From the NCBI GenBank assembly GCA_964594375.1, contig CAZQMG010000003.1, positions 1 through 36,516 of the forward strand: 36,516 bases of DNA. The letters run 5' to 3'. The position numbers and the translations under genes were made by a program. The notes beneath the pieces are model-generated. The model had not been told where the DNA came from. It saw nothing but the letters and a program-made list of their open reading frames with translations, and did no database searches. The DNA comes from an uncultured Clostridia bacterium (GTDB lineage Bacteria > Aerophobota > Aerophobia > Aerophobales > AE-B3A). How positions within the stretch are numbered: the stretch's first letter is position 1; each line of letters opens with the position of its first letter. Positions 1 through 6,084 of this stretch are shown here, one piece after another.

Positions 1-52
1 ATAAATGAAGTCGCTACAAGGGATGCGCAATTATTTATGTCGTTTCATATAG
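1..52. repeat. 52-bp direct repeat, copy A (partner 764..815); may extend left of the window
   Basis: Read directly: ataaatgaagtcgctacaagggatgcgcaattatttatgtcgtttcatatag matches 764..815 at 50/52 (mismatches at repeat positions 22 and 25). Copy A carries the last 6 codons plus stop (YMKRHK*) of the regulator gene. Confidence 0.85.
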
Positions 53-594
53 TTACCGCTAAGGGCAGATAAGACATCAATGTATCTGTTGGTCTTAGCC
101 GATGTCCTGAATCCAGGTTTACTCTCAGCCAGCAATATCACTGCTTTACTACCGTTTATATCCTCTAGCCTGGAGACTCTTATGTATTCCAGCTCGCTAT
201 TATCCAAGCCTTTCAGACTCAGCTCGACAATATCTGCCAGCTCTCCCTCTCCTAAGATAATAAAATGAGTCTTGCCTTTTTTATATTCCATTAAAACTAG
301 ATGCTGAATTTTCTTTTTCATCTCTTGCAGGGAATGGATAGTCTTTAGAAAATATCGGTAGGATTTTTTTGTCTTTTCCGCAAAGCCTTTGGGAGTGAGA
401 ATATATTGGACTTTTCTTCTATTCAGTTCTTTGACCTTTATATATCCTTTGCTGGCCAGTCTCTTTAAGATAATGTTGGTCATTCCAAGAGATAGACCTA
501 ACCGATGGGAGATTTTCCTCTGGGTAAGGTTTTTATCCCGGCTTATTTCCTCAATTATTTTGAGTTCTCGTTCACCAATTATAGAGCTATTCAT
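31..594 (-). CDS. winged-helix-turn-helix transcriptional regulator with a C-terminal Rossmann-like domain
   Basis: 187-aa ORF with ATG at 594. N-terminal wHTH signature NLTQRKISHRLGLSLGMTNIILKRLASKGYIKV. The C-terminal ~90 aa contain a GxGxxA-like HFIILGEGELA element. It lies directly downstream of promoter/operator P1. Confidence 0.75.
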   Translation of the reverse strand: MNSSIIGERELKIIEEISRDKNLTQRKISHRLGLSLGMTNIILKRLASKGYIKVKELNRRKVQYILTPKGFAEKTKKSYRYFLKTIHSLQEMKKKIQHLVLMEYKKGKTHFIILGEGELADIVELSLKGLDNSELEYIRVSRLEDINGSKAVILLAESKPGFRTSAKTNRYIDVLSALSGNYMKRHK

Positions 595-612
595 TTTTTA
601 GCCATAGATTTT

Positions 613-655
613 GTTCAAAATATGAACATCATAACATTTATCAATATTATGTCAA
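613..655 (-). promoter_or_regulatory. sigma70-type promoter P1 (TTGACA-16-TATGAT) with abutting palindromic operator GTTCA-N5-TGAAC
   Basis: On the minus strand: TTGACA (655..650), a 16-nt spacer, TATGAT (633..628), then immediately GTTCATATTTTGAAC (627..613). This sits about 20 nt upstream of the regulator ATG. A near-identical unit recurs at 3234..3276. Confidence 0.6.
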
Positions 656-763
656 TAAATACAAATTAGCAGAATAGCTTATAGTAATTTATATGAAACG
701 TCTTATATATTTTCGCTTATCTGTAGAGGTTTGATTCATCAAACCCGCTAATTTTCTGGCTTC

Positions 764-815
764 ATAAATGAAGTCGCTACAAGGAATACGCAATTATTTA
801 TGTCGTTTCATATAG
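764..815. repeat. 52-bp direct repeat, copy B (orphan 3' end of a regulator-like gene)
   Basis: 50/52 identical to 1..52. It retains SYMKRHK* plus stop in the minus frame, but no ORF continues upstream of it. Confidence 0.85.
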
Positions 816-890
816 CTGCTTATTCACTTTCGCTACGTCCGCCACAGAAGTTATCTATACAGCATAAGGTTTTGACTTCTCTATTTTTGT

Positions 891-1859
891 TTATCCCGCT
901 TTTACCTTCTTTACCCACTCCCAATTACTTAAAAGCCACTCTGCTGTTCTCTTGATTCCTTCTTCTATATTTACATCTGGTTTCCAGGAAAGAAGTTGCT
1001 TAGCTTTTTCTATGTCTGCCCAGGTGGCAAGAATATCCGCCGGATGTCTGGGCAGATATTTTATCCTGGCTCTTTTACCTAAGGCATTTTCTATAAGGCT
1101 GATTACATAGTTTAATTTTACTGAATGATCGCTTCCCAGATTAATAATCTCATAATTTAAAGGCTTTAGAGCTTTAATCGTACCCTCTGCAATATCATCG
1201 ATGTAGGTAAAGTCTCTCTTTTGGTTGCCGTCGCCATATACAGGAATTTCTTCATTGGCATAAATCTTTTTGCTAAAGATGAAGACACTCATATCCGGCC
1301 TTCCTGCTGGGCCATAAACAGTGAAGTAGCGAGGGATAGAAATATCTATTCCGTAAAGATAATGGTAAGTGTAACATAATGCCTCTGCCCCTTTCTTGGA
1401 GGCAGCATAAGGCGATAGGGGAAAATCTGTTTTCTTATCTTCAGTAAAAGGTAGACTCATCTCTCCATAGATGCTGGAAGTAGAAGCGAGGATAAATTTC
1501 TTTATTTTGTATTTACGACAAAGCTCTAAAAGGTTCAGTGTGCCCATAATGTTTGTATCTAAATATAAGGACGGATTCTCTGTACTGGCTCTTACTCCCG
1601 CCCTAGCGGCGAGGTTGATTACTGCCTCAAAATTGAATTCTTCAAACAGAGGCTCAAGTTGAGTATGGGCAGTAATATCTAATCGATGAAAAGTGAAATT
1701 CTCAAATCTCTCCAATTGTTTCAGGCGCCAATCTTTGAGTCTGACATCATAGGCATCATTTAAATTATCTATTCCAACTACTTTATGACCTCTTTTTAGA
1801 AGGAGCTCAGTTACTTTTGAGGCTATAAAACCTGCTGTGCCAGTCACCAATAGATTCAT
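891..1859 (-). CDS. NAD-dependent nucleotide-sugar epimerase (extended SDR, UDP-glucuronate 4-epimerase-like)
   Basis: 322 aa. N-terminal GTAGFIAS Rossmann motif, DNLNDAYDVRLK segment typical of UDP-GlcA 4-epimerase-type SDRs, and catalytic SPYAASKKGAE (YxxxK). SD GGAGGAAAG lies just before the ATG at 1859. Confidence 0.8.
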   Translation of the reverse strand: MNLLVTGTAGFIASKVTELLLKRGHKVVGIDNLNDAYDVRLKDWRLKQLERFENFTFHRLDITAHTQLEPLFEEFNFEAVINLAARAGVRASTENPSLYLDTNIMGTLNLLELCRKYKIKKFILASTSSIYGEMSLPFTEDKKTDFPLSPYAASKKGAEALCYTYHYLYGIDISIPRYFTVYGPAGRPDMSVFIFSKKIYANEEIPVYGDGNQKRDFTYIDDIAEGTIKALKPLNYEIINLGSDHSVKLNYVISLIENALGKRARIKYLPRHPADILATWADIEKAKQLLSWKPDVNIEEGIKRTAEWLLSNWEWVKKVKAG

Positions 1860-1888
1860 CTTTCCTCCAGTTTGTTGAAACAGCGGGT

Positions 1889-1991
1889 TGAGATTGCTTC
1901 GCTTGCGCTCGTAATGACAAGCAAGGAAGCCCTGGGATTGTGGAGTCAGCCATAGATTCTGCTCGAAAAGGAAACTTTTTAAGCAATCTCA
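1889..1991. repeat. 11-bp perfect inverted repeat pair (tgagattgctt / aagcaatctca) bracketing ~80 bp
   Basis: 1889..1899 is the reverse complement of 1981..1991. The bracketed segment contains gcttcgcttgcgctcgtaatgacaagcaagg. The minus sense, cattacgagcgcaagcgaagcaatctc, resembles a short repeat family I recall seeing scattered in uncultivated-bacterium genomes. Only one copy is present here. Confidence 0.5.
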
Positions 1992-2013
1992 GGTTGTTTG
2001 AACCTGCATTATA
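1990..2013 (-). promoter_or_regulatory. -10-like TATAAT followed by palindrome CAGGTT-N5-AACCTG upstream of the epimerase gene (tentative P3)
   Basis: Minus strand: TATAAT (2013..2008), g, then CAGGTTCAAACAACCTG (2006..1990). This is the same -10 plus 5-nt-spacer palindrome layout as P1/P2 and shares GTTCAAA. No good -35 is present because a gene remnant abuts it. Confidence 0.3.
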
Positions 2014-2042
2014 TCTGGTAGCAATTAATTTCCTTTGGGAGA

Positions 2043-2210
2043 CTAATCTGGTAAGAGCCTCCTTAAGATAATGTTGGTCATCCCCAGAGATAGACCTAAC
2101 TTATGGGAAATTTTCCTCTGAGTAAGATTGCTGTCTCGACTTATCTCCTCAATTATTCTTAGTTCTCGCTCACTTATCCCAGGATTATTCAACTTGCTTT
2201 TTGTCTTCAT
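2043..2210 (-). pseudogene. truncated paralog of the wHTH regulator (N-terminal ~55 codons only)
   Basis: [55 protein letters not shown] aligns with residues 1-47 of ORF 31..594 (ERELKIIEEISRDKNLTQRKISHRLGLSLGMTNIILKRL), then stops. The nucleotide identity is obvious by eye. Confidence 0.8.
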
Positions 2211-2346
2211 CGAAAATCTCTCTAACAACATAAAGGGGTCGCTTCCTCACTTCTTCACCTACGCGGCCAACATACTCTCCCAGAACTCCTAAACATATAA
2301 GCTGAACACCTCCCAAGAGAATAATAGCCACCACTCTGATTGAATC
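2185..2346 (-). pseudogene. C-terminal remnant (53 codons) of an ArnC/GtrB/DPM-type GT2 glycosyltransferase
   Basis: Own translation: [53 protein letters not shown]. This is the last TM helix plus the GEY.GR...E...RPLY tail typical of membrane-anchored polyprenyl-phosphate GT2s. A TAG lies immediately upstream, and the 3' end overlaps the start of the truncated regulator. Confidence 0.7.
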
Positions 2347-2411
2347 CTACCCAGCTTGTTAATCCCCTTGTATAGCGATTTTTCCTCTTTCTATATTATC
2401 TAGAGTTTCTT

Positions 2412-3164
2412 TCATTCTATATCTCTGACGAATTTATCCTTTACCAGAAATTTAAGGGGGCTATTTAGTAACCTTAATCTTAAAACGGATAAAAACATTA
2501 AAGGTACCATTTTTTTCAAGTTTAAGGTAGATCCCATCTGATCTTCCCAGGCAATTGGTACTTCCTTTATTTTTTCGTGTCCCCGCTTTGTCAGTTTGTA
2601 GAGCAGCTCAACATCGAAAGAAAAATCAGTGGTTTCCAATTCATTCACAATATCTTTAACAATATGGGCCCTAAAAACCTTAGCTCCACACTGAGTATCC
2701 TTAAAAGGGAGGCCGAACAATACTCTGACCAACAAATTGAAACCCCGACTTGCCATTCTTCTTTTCCAAGACTGTCTTCTTAATATATTGGCCCCCTTCA
2801 TCCATCTGGATCCTATTACCCCATTATTGTCTTCAAGTTTCTTAACTAAATCATAAAGAGCTTGTGGGCTTGTGGCGCTATCAGCATCTACAAAGGATAT
2901 TATGTTACCAGTGGCAACCTTAAACCCTTCGATCAAGGCTCCTCCTTTACCTATTTTCTCCTTTACTATTTTATATTTGAGATTGGGATTATTCTCACTA
3001 TATTCTCTGACTATTTCTTCGGTTTTGTCTTCACAACCATTTGGTATTAAAATGAGTTCAAATTCTTTGTAATTTTTAGCAAAAAAAATAATATATTGAT
3101 CTAATGTATTCTGGATCCTGTTCTCTTCATTGCAAGCGGGAATTATTATCGAAAGTTTCTTCAT
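2412..3164 (-). CDS. GT2 glycosyltransferase, dolichyl/polyprenyl-phosphate beta-glucosyl (ALG5/DPM1)-like
   Basis: MKKLSIIIPACNEE..., FVDADS (DxD) and TQCGAKVF motifs. The ORF-track start (TTG 3239) lies inside operator P2, so I moved the start to the first ATG at 3164. Confidence 0.8.
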   Translation of the reverse strand: MKKLSIIIPACNEENRIQNTLDQYIIFFAKNYKEFELILIPNGCEDKTEEIVREYSENNPNLKYKIVKEKIGKGGALIEGFKVATGNIISFVDADSATSPQALYDLVKKLEDNNGVIGSRWMKGANILRRQSWKRRMASRGFNLLVRVLFGLPFKDTQCGAKVFRAHIVKDIVNELETTDFSFDVELLYKLTKRGHEKIKEVPIAWEDQMGSTLNLKKMVPLMFLSVLRLRLLNSPLKFLVKDKFVRDIE

Positions 3165-3233
3165 TTTTGTTTTTGGGGAATAAAATATTTCACCCCTCTT
3201 AAGCCTGTCAGTATAAGGAGTTGTTATAAATTT

Positions 3234-3276
3234 GTTCAAGATATGAACATTATAGCATCTATCAATGCTATGTCAA
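3234..3276 (-). promoter_or_regulatory. consensus sigma70 promoter P2 (TTGACA-16-TATAAT) with abutting operator GTTCA-N5-TGAAC
   Basis: Minus strand: TTGACA (3276..3271), a 16-nt spacer, TATAAT (3254..3249), then GTTCATATCTTGAAC (3248..3234). The whole unit is paralogous to 613..655. Confidence 0.7.
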
Positions 3277-3299
3277 GAAAAATCGCCCTAACGGGCGAT
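3277..3299 (-). terminator. rho-independent terminator
   Basis: Minus strand: ATCGCCC-GTTA-GGGCGAT (7-bp perfect stem, 4 G/C pairs) followed by TTTTTC. It runs directly into the -35 box of P2. Confidence 0.7.
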
Positions 3300-3322
3300 G
3301 ACTTTAAAACCTTCTAATACAC

Positions 3323-3541
3323 TTAACTGATCTTTATGAACCCACGACATATGGGACAAACTAAACTGCTTGTCCCTCCTGGATGATACTCTTTACCTCC
3401 AGGAGAAAAATCTCTTACTACCGAAGAAGGTATTACTATCTCATTCTTACAATCGGGACAGATAAAACTAACCTTCTTCTTTTCTCTAGAAGGAAAAAGA
3501 TAACTGCCCGATGGCTGCTGTTTTTTCTTGTTCTTTCTCAT
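3323..3541 (-). CDS. small zinc-ribbon protein (two CxxC pairs), hypothetical
   Basis: 72 aa with a lysine-rich N-terminus, CPDC...CPIC. It overlaps the transposase 3' end by 56 nt in another frame and has no clear SD, so it may not be expressed. Confidence 0.35.
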   Translation of the reverse strand: MRKNKKKQQPSGSYLFPSREKKKVSFICPDCKNEIVIPSSVVRDFSPGGKEYHPGGTSSLVCPICRGFIKIS

Positions 3542-4016
3542 CTTTTATTAGCTCATCTTCCAATAGATGATCCAAATAGGAGTAAATTACTCCGTGCCTT
3601 GGATGCCAGATCTTATATAAGATCATCTCATCACCACACTTAGGACAGATTAGAGGATCCTTGCCAAAGCTTTTCTTTATCCGCTCTCGCCACTTTAGCG
3701 ATGCTACTCTCTTTGCCATCTGCTCAAATTCTCTTGTCATCTCTTTAATATTCTCAAAGAAAGAGGTAAGTATCTTTCTCGCTTTACCTACTTTATTCCT
3801 TGCGTAAAGTCCCGAGTGTCTTATCATCCGAAACTGCTTAGACATGATATGCTGGATCATTCTTCTGATAAACTCAAAAGCTGAGACAGTTACCCATACC
3901 TTTTTATCAGTAGGATGTTCTCGATACCAGTAGGTGACCTTCTCTCCATCGTATTCTTTTATTCTGGATAAAGCTATGGAAGGACTGGCTACATACTTAA
4001 TTGAGATATCCCACAA
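3486..4016 (-). pseudogene. IS91-family transposase, C-terminal portion (after the frameshift)
   Basis: YVASPSIALSRIKEYDGEKVTYWYREH, FEFIRRMIQHIMSKQFRMIRHSGLYARN (Tyr motif region) and a C-terminal CPKCG zinc finger. The frame differs from the N-terminal part. Confidence 0.8.
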
Positions 4017-4749
4017 TATCTTTCTTCCTTATCCTCTCTTTCTTAGCTCGGACAATGAAGCCTTTGTCTTTTCTCTTTTGATAAACCTGCTCTATTTTCT
4101 CTAAGACGTCTTTTCTTGAGGCCATTTTCTCCTTTAACATGGTAAGCAGGTTATACATCCAGTTCTTTCTTAAGGTCTCGTACTTTAAATAGATACCATT
4201 ATGCCAGCTTCCCTTCTTATCTAATCTACCTTCGGTCACCAGAAGATGAAGATGAGGGTTCCAGGTAGAGGCTCTTGCTGCTGTTTGGATAACCTCAATT
4301 ATTCCTATCTCTATTTCGGCTTTGTGACTTCCAATACTGGCTACTTCCTTAACTGTCTTTACTCCAGCCTCAGCTAGAGCGTTAAGCAAAGAAGGATCAT
4401 GGAAGTATTCCCAGAGGCTCCCTGGTACGGTAAGGATTACGTGACGGTGCTCGATCCACTTGAAGATTGATTTCTTCATTCTATCTAGCCACCTGTCAAT
4501 GTAGACTTTGGAGCAGCGAAGGCAAAATCTACTCTTACAGGTAAATCCTACTTTATGGGTATTCAAACAGCTCAGGCACATATACTCAAAGAAACCATTT
4601 TCTAAAAGACCACAACCGAGTATTTTCTCCACGTTCTCTTCTATATCCCCTGTGATGTATTCGGGACGAAACTCTTTAAACCGAGCCCAATGCTCCCGGA
4701 AGATCCGAACAACGATGTTTTTGTGAGAGTAGATATCATATTTGGCCAT
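3997..4749 (-). pseudogene. IS91-family transposase, N-terminal portion (Zn-binding domain plus HUH)
   Basis: CGLLENGFFEYMCLSCLNTHKVGFTCKSRFCLRCS (IS91 zinc-binding domain), HRHVILTVP and WNPHLHLLVTEG (HUH). The likely start is ATG 4749 (MAKYDIY...). The reading frame breaks around 3997..4016. Confidence 0.8.
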
Positions 4750-4895
4750 TTTAACTACATTATTATAAAATATGGAAAACATCGATCAGAAGGGAATCTT
4801 GGTATAGTTCCTAGATAATCAAGGAATACCATAGTTAAGGTGGACCCCAAAATTTGGACAGTACCAGAGTTTCTTAACACTCTACTCTTAGGGTA

Positions 4896-4946
4896 ACAAA
4901 AGCGGAAGTATAAACTTTTACAAAAAGCGGAAATTTAAGTTTTTAC
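4896..4946 (+). repeat. two tandem ~26-nt repeats with 10-nt exact core AAAAGCGGAA
   Basis: acaaaagcggaagtataaacttttac / acaaaaagcggaaatttaagtttttac. The cores lie at 4898..4907 and 4923..4932, 25 nt apart. Confidence 0.6.
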
Positions 4947-4959
4947 GTAACAATGGGGG

Positions 4960-4987
4960 TTGACAACCGTCCAATTTGCTCTAAGTT
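4960..4987 (+). promoter_or_regulatory. candidate plus-strand promoter (TTGACA-16-TAAGTT)
   Basis: Perfect -35 at 4960..4965. The -10 at 4982..4987 keeps the T1, A2 and T6 positions. It would give a ~290-nt leader before ORF 5285. Confidence 0.3.
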
Positions 4988-5284
4988 TATATTCAGAGAA
5001 GGCATCAGAGGATTTTTGAATATATGGCAGGTTTAGATAGGAATGTTATAGAGTATAGCGCCCCCACTCCAAGATTGGAAGGAATATCCGATGCAACTGA
5101 ATATCAGGGAGTAAAACGAAATGCCCTACCCTATACGCCTGAAAGACGGCAGCCATGTCTGGCTGGCTGGTAAAAGGAGATATATAATAAAGAACCACTA
5201 AAAAATCAAACGGATAACACACTCATTCTAGCAATTTCTCAATCTTACAGAAATTATGGGGTGTAATGCAAACAAGGCTCAAGA

Positions 5285-5968
5285 ATGAAAACAAAAATTA
5301 ATAAGAGAATCCTGTTTTTAGTGGTGCTACTACTAGCAATAGCTGGCTCAGTTTATGGGATGTGGCTACTGGGAGAGAGAAAATACACGGGCAATTTAGT
5401 GAGCAATTTCAGCTTCGAGGTAGTGGATACACAAGGTAAATTGCAATCCTGGAGGGAAGATGCTTCCGGAGGCTGGTCAGTCAATACCGAGGAACCCTAT
5501 GAAGGGAAACGATGTGTGCAGGCTACTATTCCCTGGAGCTGGCTTTCTCAGGACATATCAGTGAGGGAAGGCAAATCCTATACCCTAAAGGCCTACGTAA
5601 AGTCAGATATAGTGATACCTGGGAAAAGCAATCGTGAGAATACATTTCTTTGTTTGGAGTGTTTAGACGGAAAAGATACAGTTATGGCAGAACAGATGCG
5701 ACAGTTTGAGGCTACTTCATCCTGGAAACCACAGAAAGTTTCCATTTACGCCCCTGAAAATACTGAGAAGATCAGAGTAAAACTAGCCAAGAGACGAGGA
5801 GGAGAAGGAAGAGTCTGGTTTGATAATCTTAAGATGGTACAGATAGCCTGGTATATGAGAATAGAATTCTTAAAAAGGCTCCACCAGGACAAGCGGCTTT
5901 TCATTTCCTATTTTTCCATGTATTTGATTCCCTTGATTCTTCTCTTGAGATTCATTCTGAGAAAATAG
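5285..5968 (+). CDS. membrane-anchored carbohydrate-binding-module (CBM4/9-like beta-sandwich) protein
   Basis: 227 aa. N-terminal TM/signal anchor (ILFLVVLLLAIAGSVYGMWLL). The core has the CBM4_9-like pattern NFSFE...W...GGW...YEGKRC...SYTLKAYVK...VWFDNLKM. A C-terminal TM (LFISYFSMYLIPLILLL) is followed by a basic tail. This is the only plus-strand gene. Confidence 0.65.
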   Translation: MKTKINKRILFLVVLLLAIAGSVYGMWLLGERKYTGNLVSNFSFEVVDTQGKLQSWREDASGGWSVNTEEPYEGKRCVQATIPWSWLSQDISVREGKSYTLKAYVKSDIVIPGKSNRENTFLCLECLDGKDTVMAEQMRQFEATSSWKPQKVSIYAPENTEKIRVKLAKRRGGEGRVWFDNLKMVQIAWYMRIEFLKRLHQDKRLFISYFSMYLIPLILLLRFILRK

Positions 5969-5977
5969 TTTACTCTC

Positions 5978-6031
5978 AGCCCAACTCCCTCAACAAAAAA
6001 CGAAAATTCGTATTCGGAAAGGTGTTGGGCT
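5978..6031. terminator. long-loop hairpin between convergent genes (possible bidirectional terminator)
   Basis: AGCCCAAC (5978..5985) pairs with GTTGGGCT (6024..6031). The loop contains the palindrome ACGAAAATTCGT. There is no clean U-tract. Confidence 0.3.
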
Positions 6032-6084
6032 CACACTCTCGCTACCTTCCAAGTCAAGTTGACAATAATCAGTATGTACCAACA

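Larger units (their letters stand above)
3277..4835 (-). mobile_element. IS91-family (rolling-circle, HUH/Y) insertion sequence, inactivated; ends tentative
   Basis: Holds the transposase halves at 3486..4016 and 3997..4749. A 3' hairpin at 3282..3299 is followed by CTTG. An imperfect hairpin at 4800..4831 lies upstream of the tnp start. No terminal inverted repeats are expected for this family, so the ends are unverified. Confidence 0.45.

Noticed and set aside
728-745. Hairpin GGTTTGA-ttca-TCAAACC downstream of the epimerase gene, considered as a terminator
   Set aside because: The stem is perfect (7 bp), but no U-tract follows on the minus (sense) strand and it lies ~145 nt after the stop. 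I cannot call it an intrinsic terminator.
3081-3088. A8/T8 homopolymers inside genes (for example at 3081..3088, ~6973, ~14541, ~16323, ~18703, ~28345, ~35996), considered as contingency tracts
   Set aside because: They are frequent throughout this AT-rich sequence and occur at mid-gene positions. This is consistent with background composition rather than dedicated switches.
3997-4016. Programmed ribosomal frameshift in the transposase
   Set aside because: No X-XXY-YYZ slippery heptamer is present (the sequence is aggaagaaagatattgtggg). IS91-family transposases are not known to use frameshifting. A mutation or assembly indel is the simpler explanation.
4990-5284. Riboswitch or known cis-regulatory RNA in the long leader of the CBM gene
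   Set aside because: I could not match any riboswitch consensus I know (c-di-GMP, SAM, TPP, FMN, glmS, etc.) by eye. It needs a covariance-model scan before anything is claimed.
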